In this document: positions 22,731 to 34,790 of the stretch, in pieces | Layout of the letters: the number at the start of each line of letters is the position of its first letter | How positions within the stretch are numbered: the first letter of the stretch is position 1 | From: Lama guanicoe | Lineage: Eukaryota | DNA: 64,000 nt | Direction: 5' to 3' | Assembly: GCA_013239625.1 (NCBI GenBank) | Contig: MU053652.1 | Location: 6,377,902 to 6,441,901 of the forward strand | Position numbers and translations under genes: made by a program | The notes under the pieces: generated by a model | The model's database searches: none | The model's input: the letters and a program-made list of their open reading frames with translations, nothing else | Told to the model about the DNA's origin: nothing

Positions 22731-25700
22731 ATGCTAAACTTCTTTAATGCGTGCAATCACATAGACTGATGTTTTCAACATTCATTTTTAAAATACAGCA
22801 CTTTACCACATGTGGATTAATCCACTTTTAAAACAAATGTATTTCTAATAACTAAACTGTCGCTGACAGGGATCAATAATCCCATTACATATTTGAAGCT
22901 GCCTGACTGGAAGGACCTTGTTTATTATATTATATCCAGTCCACTGTCCATGGCAGCACACCTAGAACCCAGCTAGCACTTCAGATAAGCTCACTGAATG
23001 CAAGTGGAAAGGACTACAAAGAGATGTAAGCTCAGAATTATTTCCAATGATTTTTACTGAAAGAGAATACAATTAAAGTGGAGACAGCTTTCTTTAAAAT
23101 TTCACATGGGTAAGAAAGGCTTAGGAGCCTGTGAGAAATTGCTTGATTTAAAAAGTTTGATTAGAGAGATAAGAAGTAAGAGGTGAATCGGAAAAACAAA
23201 GAGATCTAACCAATGCCTGATGAAAATTTGGGAAACAGTGATACAAATTTAAATCTTTTGTTGCCTTTGAATCTCTTAGAATTTAAATAAACCTATGCTA
23301 AAATATATACCCTTTTCTTTCTTGAATCAACAATTGTTTCTATAACTTGAAACTATAGCTTCTATGGTTAGCATATTTATAGGCAATTTCTAGAGAATTT
23401 GGTTACAGAACTAATATTTAGAAATTACTCTTTACCCAAATGACCATCATCCTTGGCTCTTCCCTCCTTGCCTCTGTCCTAGACTGGCTTTGAGCTTTCT
23501 CCTCTTCCCCTTACACAAGGGGATAGGACAATTTCATGTCTTGATTCCGGCCTGTACTTTTCAATTAAACTATAGCGATCCACGTACGTTAATAATCTAA
23601 TTTTCACCTCCTCAATTACACATGTTACCTGCTTTGGGACCCTAAGGGGAAGACAGTTGTTATTTTCAGCACCTACTCTATGTCAAACATTTCATATATA
23701 ATTCGATCTTAAATTTCCACCACTATGTTATTATTCTAAGAGGATGTAATAAAAAGATGCAGGTTTTTCAAAGTGAATACTAAATTTGTTTGTAACATCC
23801 TTAAATGCTCTGGTTTTCCAAGCCAGCTTACTGTGAACATTGTTTCCCAAGATGCTTGTCCTTGATCGATTGACACAGATACACTTGACTAGGGCGTTAC
23901 CAAGTAAGACTGGTTGTGTTAAATTAATTTCTTTCAAACCAGTAGTAAGTTGGTGTGTTCTAGTAAGTCCAACCACATGTGCTCAATTCAGTTGGAAAAT
24001 GATACAAGAAATCCGAAAACAAATATGAGCCTATATTTCTATTATTTTTTTTTACTTATTTATCCTGAAAAATTCTTTTACTGTGGTTAGGAGGACATCA
24101 TCCTTGAACATCCCTGATGCAATAATATAGGAACAGCTATGAAGGGGTGACTCTGAAATACACAATTCATAAGTGAGGAGCCTGCTTTGATGAGTGCCAT
24201 GCAGCTTCTGAGTCCAAAAGAGAAAGCTACCAATAGCAAGGTCTTTATGAACAGACTGAATCAGTAGACAGATTTGTACTCAGCATGGGAAGAACTCTAG
24301 GTCACCAATTGTTACTTTCCACCATTCTTACTATATTCAGAAGTCAGTAATGCCATCTGTAGCCCCATCTTTAAATAGGAAAAATATAATTTCTCCACAT
24401 CATTCATCACTAACTCTAGCTCATTCCACAACAGATTATTTCTCTGTCCAAACACTGTGAATGTTACTGCAATTATTTCATGTCCAGCTGGAGGGAGTCT
24501 CAATCTTGTAAATTAGTTCTGATTGCCATTTTACTTAATAATTCAGTGTTTTCTGTCTAAATCAATTTCATTCTATTTCATTCTTAGGAAGTCTGGTTAT
24601 CAAGTTTTATACTTGTTTACCTCCCTCTAGTTTTGACTTCAGAGTTACTTTATTTCTAGAGTAATATTTCAATTTAGTAAATATGCTATATACAAATAAG
24701 ACAGTACCAGAATATTTGTGAATCCTAGTTCTTATTTTCATGCCATATGAAGTAATCAACACAAATTCTTAATGGTTTTACTTAATTTGTCATTTTACAT
24801 TTCAAAATATGCCCATGTACGGATAAATTTAAAAGCAACATTCTTGAACTTCGGGTACAATGTGAAGAGAAAAATGCTATCACTTTTGTTGGACTTGAAG
24901 TTTAGTCTCAGCATAATCACCTACAATGATAAATATCAGGCTGACAACATAATGGTAATTCTACCATGAGATCATTGACATGAGAACCCATGAAGCATCA
25001 TACACCTCCTAGATGTGTTTCCGAGTCTGGTACAAAGATTTTTTTTTAGATATCCTGGATTAAATACACAAAACGAGCAAAGCAGCATGATCAAAGTCCA
25101 ACCAAAAGAAGTCTCCTGGACTCATGAATGAAGAAAATCAGTCTGGATACGAGGATTTTACAGATATCAGGCACGGGGATTTACAGCTGTTGCTGCATCT
25201 CTATGATCCCAGCATACTCACAAATAAACAGATAAAGATCACAAATAAACAGGAAAGTGCATTAAAGTGTCAACAATGCTGTGAAAGTCAGAGAAAAATA
25301 TAACTATGCTCAGGAGAAGAAAATAAGTTTTCTATATACATATATAACAAATAGAAGGTAATTCCTAATTCTTAAGCAACTGAAATAAAGAGAAAAGTTG
25401 TAGTGAGCTAGAGGCTTGAGAACTTTTTTAAGGGGGCAAGTTGAACTGTCACTGGTATTCCAAACTTTCTGATTGAATACAAATTCCTCCCCAAGAAAGC
25501 AGACCCATTAAGAATGTAAAGAACTCTAGATCTACCCAAAGGTAGGCAATACTCATGCGATTTTTCTATTATCAATTTTATATTACAGATTTCGACCATC
25601 CCCTCATAGCTGGACTATGGCTAGGTGCAACCTAGATAGATAGATAGACAGGAAAGACGTGATTCAGAACCAGGGAGCAACCTGTAAGAAAACAGAAATT

Positions 25701-25934
25701 GGGTAGAAGAATTGCAAAAAGCATTCTAAATGGTAAGAATTTAACGTACCTAGCATGGCCTATGAACTCTTCATTTTCCTAAATTATGTAGGAAAGTGTG
25801 ATTGCATGGGGGTAGGGCATGGGGGGAGTACACATTCAGCACAGAGAAGATTTGATATGCTGTGCCAACTTGGTATGAACAGTAATATGATGAACCCTAA
25901 CTAAATTCGGGTATCAATGGATGCAGAAGTGACT

Positions 25935-26170
25935 GCTTATTCATACAATCATTAAAAGCATATTTATGCCAAGCTCTGTGTTAGACATTAGAGAGCTAAC
26001 AAGAAAGAGAAACACCACCTATTTTCAGAGAACATACATTGTGGTAGATAAAGAGGAATGGTAATATTTACACATTTAGTGTTTAACCTCTTATAATAAA
26101 GGTTTTATGTTCTAGGATATGAGGGAGCATGGGAAGAATAAGTCAGTTTGCCTGGAAGGGTGATGAAAAA
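25935..26170 (-). mobile_element. L2 3' tail
   Basis: ttattcatacaatcatt…tatgccaagctctgtgttagacattagaga… is the antisense L2 tail. Confidence 0.55.
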
Positions 26171-26258
26171 TCTTAAGAGAAAGGAATATTTGGGTTGAAA
26201 CTTATGAGGACAATAAAAATATATATTAGTATGAAAGGCAACTCATTTTCTGAGAGGG

Positions 26259-26666
26259 TGTTGCAATTTGGATTCTCTGTAAAGCCAAATCTAAAACAGA
26301 TATTAGCTTGCAGAATGTTTATTAATGGGGTGCTCTTGGGATCAAACTCTATGGAAGCAAAGGAAGGGAGCAGAAGAGAGCAGAGGGTAAAGTCCAAGTG
26401 CACTGGAGGCCCATCATAGCCTTGGCTTACTCCATGGGGAGCACTGAAAGTACAGAACGGGCTTTCAGGGCTGTTCTGAGTTAGGCTTTATATCCTTGAG
26501 GTCAGTGAGACACTGCGTGAAAGCCACCCCCGGAGGGGGAAGCCCCCAGGAGAGGAGGCTGAATTGGGACTGACAACTAAATGGTGTCTGCTGACCACAT
26601 TCCCAGCAGCTGGGATACAGGTCCTGTACTGAAGAGGAGTTGGGGCATATCACCGTGACTGTCACA
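26259..26666 (-). mobile_element. ERVL solo LTR (LTR16-type)
   Basis: tg…gcagaatgtttatt…gtgctcttgggatcaa…cacattcccagcagctggga…gtcctgtactgaagagg…ca resembles LTR16 antisense. Confidence 0.7.
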
Positions 26667-27009
26667 GAGACAACGTGAGTGGAGACTTGAGCTTGATGGA
26701 GGTTTGGAATATAATGATGAGAAAATCTGGATGAAATACACATGATAGAAATGTCTGGGGAAACTTAGGGTGCAACAGAGGTTGGTTACTATGCCGAAGA
26801 TGTCAAGTCCTGTTACCTCTCTGGGACAGCACCAGTGATCTGAGGAGCTCTAAACAACAGACCTTGGCAAGTGCTTCAGTCTGGTGAACAAGGAAATCCA
26901 GCAGAAATTAGAGGAGACAGCCGAGGGGCAATGACGCCATTAGTTCTTGTGAGAGGCCAGACAGTACAATTTCCACAGAAACCATATTGCTAGAAACGTA
27001 CAATGGCGG

Positions 27010-27548
27010 TGCGGTAGGCAGAATAATGACTCTTAAAGAGACTTATATCCCAATTCCCAAAACATATTACCTTGGATGGCAAAAGGGACTCTGTATGCAT
27101 GACTAAAGGTATGGACTTAAGATAGAGAGGTGATCATTCGTTATATGGATGAGCCCAATGTAATTACAGTGGTTCTTAAAAGTGGAAGAGTGGTGCAGAA
27201 AAGGTCAGAGTAATGTGATGTGAGAAAGACTTGAACTGTCATTACTTATGCTATGTCAAGACATAAGGAGATAAGGAGGCGGTTAGCCAAGGAACATGGG
27301 TGACTCTAAGAGCCAGAGAGGCCAGGAAACGAATCCTACCCAGAACCTGCTGAAAGGAATGCAGCCCTGCTAACACTTTTACTTTAGCCTGATGAGACTC
27401 TTGTCATACTTTTGACGTACAGAATTGTAAGACAGAAAATTTATGTTGTTTTAAGCCATGAAGACAACACTGTTGGTAATTCAACATTGTAAACACGGTA
27501 AAACAACATTGTGGTAAGTCATTACAGCAAAAGGAGAAAATTGATAGA
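27010..27548 (+). mobile_element. MaLR solo LTR (MLT1D-like)
   Basis: tgcggtaggcagaataatg…ggcaaaagggact…cccaatgtaattaca…gaaaggaatgcagccctgctaacac…gaattgtaaga…gttgttttaagcca. Confidence 0.88.
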
Positions 27549-29765
27549 GAAGATATACATTAGAAAATAGGTTCTAAATTCATTTAGTCAACATTGACTT
27601 TGACAATATCATATACGACCCATAACGTACAGTGAACACAGTCTGATTTGCATGGTCCTATATATTAATCTTTATGTACAAATACATAAAACATAAAATA
27701 ACATACAGAATACACATTATAAGGATTATTTACATAAAAGGACACATGCCAGAAAGGTAGTCTTACTTTTTAAAGTCACAAACATAAAAAAATTACATCA
27801 ACTAATTGCACATGTTATGCTCCACGCTGCTTAGATAAAAGGAGATAAGAAAGGCAAGAATATTATTGGAAACGAGGCTTAACTACTCCCTTTGATACAG
27901 GTGAATGAAGCAGGAGATTACTTACTAGAAAGAAGTTAAAACATCAGAGTAGGAGCAATTCTGACTTAATGCTGATCTTGTGGATTAATGATGAAAGGGT
28001 CTTACTATTCTTCCTGTCTGGGAAGAAGATTGCTTACAGCATTTGGGGAAGGGCAAAAATTCTGGGAGGGATTAAATACTCCATGAGATTCAGAGGCGTG
28101 GAGATCAACACAGAGACTGTCAAGTCACAAATAATTTTCTTTTTCAGAATCCTGGTAAGACTTAAACTGCATTCAGTACTTGAGTAAGTAGTATACTAAA
28201 ACTTCAGTAAAATAGTATTTTAGCTGAAAACATTATATTAAAATTTGTAATTGATGCTATTATAAACCTGTATACTTATAAACTGTATTATACAAATTTA
28301 GAAATAAACTGAATTTTGTTCTATAGGGACAATGATTACAGTGGCTAAAAAAGAATCACTCATGTGATCTAGTTAACAGACGGCATGTTTCTCCCCTGTT
28401 TTGTATCTCAAGAACCCAGAATAAACCCGGAGTCTCTTTTTAAATGGAAGATGCACAGTCAATAAGAAGAGCCTTATGCTTGAGCAGCTTTGCTAGTGAG
28501 GAAAACAAAGAGTTCTGATTTTCCCCTTTTGGGAAACAGATCCATTTCATTCCATGAACTTTTCAGTGGTGCAGCGAGATGAGAAAAAGACCTCATCTGC
28601 TTATCCTCGCAAATCCAATGCCAGGATAACAAGGTAAAGATGGGAGCAGAGAGGGAGGGAAAAGAATGCAACAAGAGTAACTTTGGTTTGTTTTGGATTT
28701 TAATGTCATTATAGAGACAAGGCAAATATTCTTGGAGTTTAGCTGTATAATCCCACATGTAGCATATCAGAGCAAATATCTAGACTTTTGCATCAGACTG
28801 AGTAGTGGTTCAGTTTTTGCATATTAAGGGACCAGAGGTGGGCATCACAAAGATGCCTTTTAATAGCTATGAAGATGCAAACACAGCAAAATAAAAGTCC
28901 TTGGAATAAAGGAAATGATTGTGGGTCACTATTCAAGATTGTGGATCCACGACTCCAGACAGCGTGTTGGATCCTTACAATTCACATTGCTGCAGAGAAG
29001 GCCCATTCCATCTCTTGGCTTCTCTGACCCTTCTTTCATGCCTGATCAGCACAACAAAACAACATACATTTTTTATTCACATTATTAGACATCCAATAAA
29101 TATTTACATATTGAATAAAGAAAAGAGTAAATGAATGAATGACCTGACATACAACTTGTACTTGGGATGATAAAGATGCTGAACTATTCCAGTGGCCATT
29201 CGACTGTAAAAATACTTCACTTTTGACATCTCTCTCTGGTGATGTCTGTGTCTGGGGTTTGTGTCCAATACTAATTAAGCATACTCTCCTTTTAAATGCT
29301 AATTTTTCAAAAAGTGATTCTTCTTGGCTTATAGAACAGCTCACTTAAATGTCCTAAATTGGTTTGCTGGGGAGATGGCCCTGACCTCCTTTCCCTTTAG
29401 ATACAGGCTGATGTTCCACGTTTCTCAAACCAAGGCTATGCTCACACCAGAGTAATTAAATGAATAATTGCCCTAATGAGATTTAACTTACTCCTCAGTC
29501 TTAATTGGATGATTGCTTCAGTGTGAATACACTCTAATAAGTTCCCTAAGTAGAACTTCGTCTTTACTTTCTAAAACCAGAGTCTACTGTGCTGTCCCTT
29601 CATTTGATTTTCCTCATTAGAAATGTAATCAATGTTAAAATAGAACACTCAAAATAGAAATATATATGCTGGAAATAAAGGCTCCATTGATGACATTCTA
29701 CAGAGATTATTTACCATTAAAAGTTTACAGAATTTTCAAGAATTTCTTTTCTCCCTCTCTCTTTT

Positions 29766-29895
29766 ACACACACATATATACATATACGTACACACACAAA
29801 AATACATCTTATGTAAAGATATATATATAATACATATTTGTAAATATATATAAATATATAATGCATATGCATACCTACCAAGCATACACACATAA
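29766..29895. repeat. (CA/TA)n low-complexity tract
   Basis: Seen directly. Confidence 0.85.
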
Positions 29896-30752
29896 CTGAC
29901 ATCTCTCCAAGTACCATTTAGTCCCATGGGAGATGGTGAACTATTAGCATAAATATTTAGCCAAAACCAAGGTCAAAGCCAAATATTACCACTGTCGAGT
30001 TAACTTCTAAAATACAAGAATAAATTTTACTTAATTATTTTAACTTTATTACTAACATTCTTAGTTGTACATATTAAATGTTTGAACTTATAGTGCTGGA
30101 ACAGCAAATTCTCAGCATTGTTTTATGCAAGAGCGACCCTTTGTTCCTTATATATCTTGCATTTACAAAACTAAGTAGAGTCTCAGTTTTATCAGATGTT
30201 AGTACAAGCGAAAGATTTTAGTAGGGGTGGAGTTACTTTCATTTTTTTCAACTATTTGTTTTTCCTTCAAACTCTTCGTATTATTATTGTTGTTATTATA
30301 ATGTTTATATTCATAGGTTTGGAGATTTCCTTCCTTATAATTAGTATCTTAAATTGAATTCAACAACTAGATACTAAATGCAGTTTGTAAGGGTTGTGTT
30401 TTATAATATAACATTCAGGTAAACGTGTACTATTTCAACCAACTAGAATTACAATATCTAATACTAGTTTTCCAGAATTGTGCTATTATTTAAATAGATT
30501 TATTGACTTGAGAGGAATATTGTGTTCTTTCTAAGGTTACCTAGTAAAGTGCTTTTGTATTATTCCTATTAGCAATCAATCTATTTACTTAGTTTAGTTA
30601 TTAATAATCATTTTTATTCAAATTAACAGCTTTTATAATTATTAAATTATTAAAACATTTTGTTTTTTCAATATTAAATGCATATAAACTCAATTATCTA
30701 ACATGTTTTAGCATATAAATTACCTAGGAGATTTTTTCACTTTAAGTTAGTT

Positions 30753-30841
30753 CAGAATATTTATATTTTAAAAATAGCATTTATTGGTACATCTGTAAAA
30801 CAGAATATTTATATTTTAAAAATAGCATTTATTGGTACATC
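30753..30841. repeat. Perfect 41-bp direct repeat with a 7-bp spacer
   Basis: cagaatatttatattttaaaaatagcatttattggtacatc at 30753-30793 and 30801-30841; spacer tgtaaaa. Confidence 0.97.
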
Positions 30842-31114
30842 CCATATATCTTTATTTGTATATGTGTGTATGTAGATTTCATACACATGTATTTGATATG
30901 TTCAGATATATTTAAATATTTTATGGAAAACAAAAATAATGTTGCTTTTTATTTAGCTCTAAGAGCCATTTTCCACATCAGTACAGAAAGTTTATCTATA
31001 CTGTTTATAAAATACTTTTTAAAACCTCCTCTGATGGAACATGTAAGTTATTTGCAATTTTTCAAATTTTACCTACACAAACCCTGGTGTCTTGATCGTT
31101 CCTTGCAGTGAACA

Positions 31115-31625
31115 TTGTTTTTTGCCAACCACATCCCTTCTTCCATCTGTCTTCCTAAGAGAATCATAATTATGTTCAGAAATCCACTCCTCTCCTATAA
31201 GGCCCACTGTTTCAGGTAAAGGTGACTATATTCACGTCCTGAGTGTATATAATTGGTTAAAAAAAAAAGTAATCATGCTCACTTTGCTAGTGTTGGGCTA
31301 AGGAATGGACCCATCTGGGCACACAGAGATGTTCAGAGCAATTTTCTGAGAAAGTTCATCGACATCCTCTAGGAATACTTCTAGAAACCACTTTCCGTCT
31401 TTCTCTCTTTCTTTGGACTTTCCTTTCATGGATATGAGGCCCAGAATTGCTATAACCTCACCGGGAGGAGGTCAGAGACAAGAGGTATCTCAAGTTGGAG
31501 CCACAGGATGTATCAGCGAGCACACCTGCACTACCTCTGAATCTCCAGTTTTGTGAGCAAGTTCATTTCCTTCCTGCTTAAACCAGCTTGCGTGGGGTGT
31601 TCTGTTACTAATAGTCAAAAACAAA
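31115..31625 (+). mobile_element. Old MaLR LTR (MLT1J/K-like)
   Basis: Ends in gcttaaaccagcttgcgtggggtgttctgttactaatagtcaaaaac, typical of old MLT1 3' ends. Confidence 0.65.
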
Positions 31626-34569
31626 GACACACTCTTTGATTAACCATGTAAGGTTCAGAATCAAGAAAACTTGAGAATAGGGAACTAATTTTTCCTTCAT
31701 TGCTGATTACCTAGCACTTACTATGCTAGGATATCTGTGCATAGTAAGTATGTAAAACATGAATGTATAAATTTCTACTTGTGAAAGTCTTAAGTCAAAG
31801 CCCATAGAAATTTTAAACTTCATATTTCCTTCTTTCAATATTTTAATTCCTAGAATAGATTTGGATAAAGAATCCAATATGGGTGTATACTTAGTAAATA
31901 GGTAAATATTTATCTTGGAAGTCTACACATGGTAGCTTCCTTGTTTTTGCACAGTCCAAATATTTCTTTAATGAAGAAATACCATGTCAATAGACGTGAT
32001 GACTTGGTGATAGAAAAGATGTGTACCAACAGAAATGGATGTAACACATTACATAAATCCTTGACATTTTGTTCCACATATTTTATGTGCCTGTAAATTG
32101 TCCCACATCACCTGATTAGTCTACAGAGTTCAAATCATTTATGTATAGTTTTTTTCCAAAACAGTTATCATCTATATACTCCCTCAAAAAAAAGAAGAAA
32201 AATAATCATAATTACATTGTTTATATGATTGTTATTCCTCCAACTGGTGTCAAAAAATCCCTTCAACTTTAGCTAGCCATCAGTATTTTCCTTTAGAAAC
32301 TGTCTCACAGTTTGAGAGACAAATAAGATCCTTCACAATTATTTTGGCTTTACATTCACTACTCCTCTACCTAATTTCCCAATGCTAGGAAAAGTTTAAT
32401 TAGATCATTCCTCTGGCTGAAAACCTCTAAGTCCAACTTTATGGTTCTTATGAGTTCTAGATTGGACTATTTTTTCCATATTGATCTCTTTGGTATGGGA
32501 GAGTGCATCTTAACAATTTATGATGTGTGATAATTTGTTAGTGTTTTTACTCTTAAACTGTCAAAAAACAATTTGCAAATCTCCCCGATGGTTCTAAAGC
32601 CCAGCCATATTGGAGAACTAACGTTTAGAGTACATTCGCCTGTCGAATGTTGAAGTCCTCCCCTACCCAAATTTAAACATTCAAATTTTCTTTAATCTTA
32701 AAATTCACTTAGTAAAAGAAAGCAGCCTCCAAATTAGCTACAAACTCTCATAATCTAGAGTGTATTTAAATTCATGAAAGACAGTTCCATCTTTTATTTG
32801 CTAATTTAAAGAAATTCGTACCACACTTTAATTCACTGCACACATCTTGAGCATAATCTCTGTTTTGTTACCTGAAATGTTATCAGGGATATATGTATAA
32901 AATTATAACAAAGCCTCACTGAATTGTGGCTTACAATGGAAAATTTCACCTATAATTCTCTCAAATTAAAAAGGAAAACCAATTGAAAACACTTGCTTCT
33001 TTGGTATGTTGAATTCCTTCCTAGCAGTCATCGTAATTGGTCCTTCCTCTCTAAATGTTAGATTTGATCAGCCCTGACCTGTCCTATCCACCTTAGTTCA
33101 GCTGTTTTCCTGAGTTTGGAAGGGAAGTTGGCCTTATCCTATGAGCCTTGGGAAGACTTCAAATAATTGGTTGTATGTTTTCAAGTTTTTGTCTCTGGGT
33201 GATAAAATGGGGAGCAGAGACATTTTCTCAGAGCTGGTCTGTCTTAGCCGGAGCCCTACATAAACGAGAATGACAGCAGCTGGGCTACTGCTCTAATGGT
33301 GTGGATCCAAGCTTAGCACTAACAAGATGCACAGGCAGTAGGGGAAAACAGTCACAAGAGAATGCAGAGGTTTACAAATGCTGCCCCAATTGTGCTCAGA
33401 TCTTGCCATTTCAATGTGGGGACCCCACAGGGCAAATGTGTGCCCAGAGGAGTGCACTGAGTTTAGAATGATTGGGAAATTCAAGGTACGCTGGTGGTCG
33501 GCAATGGTGGCTGAGCTGGCAATTCTCAATCATTCATTGCCTGAATGATAGGGCTCAGAAATGAATGACAGGTTAAAATTAAATAAATATGTATTCTTTA
33601 GATACTGGCAAAATGATAATTCTACCACTATGGAGTGGAAAGAGCAATACTGTTGCAGCGATGTGACCTCATGAGAGACTTCCCCATGCTACACGGCATT
33701 TACATGGACCACATTTAAGCCCGCAATGCAGTTCACAATTTTAAATTGCAATTTGTAATTTGTGACCTTTTTTGCCCCTCCCAACATATATATTTAATTA
33801 TGGAGAATGTTCTAAAAGTGGTAAAAAAAAAATCAACCTATGTTTAATTTAAAATTCTCTACAGTTACTGCTCCCCCACCACATGCCATCACACAAGGTC
33901 ATTGCTGGAATCACCTGCTGATTGACACAGACTTATCATTGTTTTTTTTCTGTTTTTCAGGAAACAACTGACGCAGCAAACTGCTTTTCTTTCTTGTCCT
34001 AGCAGGAGATTTAAAAAGAACTTTGTTTTTGATAAATTCAGTTTTAATTTGATCATTATAATAGAACTAGTGTGAGATAGAAATGTTTGCTGCTCCAAAA
34101 ATGCTCCTCATTAACATTACTATTCTTTTATATATAAATGAATAAATGGGTGAGTGAATGAATGAATGAGTGCTGACAGTGAGATTTCCTACTGAGGCAT
34201 CTCATATTCTTTAGAATTTTTGTTTCAGTCAGGAGTATGAAGGCAGTAATTTTCTTTGTTCAACATCAGTTCAGTATTAAAAAATTGGAAAATGTGGCAA
34301 CTAGCTGAGTTTAATAAGACGTATTTTCCACACTCTTCATGAAGTGGTAACATAAAGTAATAAATAATAATGGTGATAGCAGCCAAGAGTCTGGTGGCAC
34401 TTCAGATATCCCATAAGATGCATGCTTTTCCCCATTCTCTGATATGCACAAAGACTGAAGACATTTTCTCAATTTTATGTAAATTGCTCTGCAAACATAG
34501 CCTGCAGAGAAATTACCACCTTTGAATCTCCTTGTTTTGTAAAGCAGGCCCCACCATTGAATGCAAATT

Positions 34570-34790
34570 GTAGTAGCTTTTACTAAGTGGTTAGTATATT
34601 TCAGCTTTAGATGGCCCCATTTCATTGTCACAATGACTCTGTGAGACACGCACTATCCTCATTTCCTCACCTTGCAAACTGGGAGATTGAAGTTTACAAA
34701 TACTAAGACCCTTGATCAAAATCAAACAGCTAGCAAGGAAGTCAGAATGTGAACTCAGAGGCCTACTTTTAACCAGCACGTTATACTGAC
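34570..34790 (-). mobile_element. MIR SINE
   Basis: catttcattgtcacaatgactctgtgag…ctcaccttgcaaactgggagattgaag…acagctagcaag…gaactcag. Confidence 0.7.

Noticed and set aside
30753..30841. Repeat-spacer-repeat that superficially resembles a CRISPR unit
   Set aside because: Only two copies, a 7-bp spacer, eukaryotic context and no cas genes.
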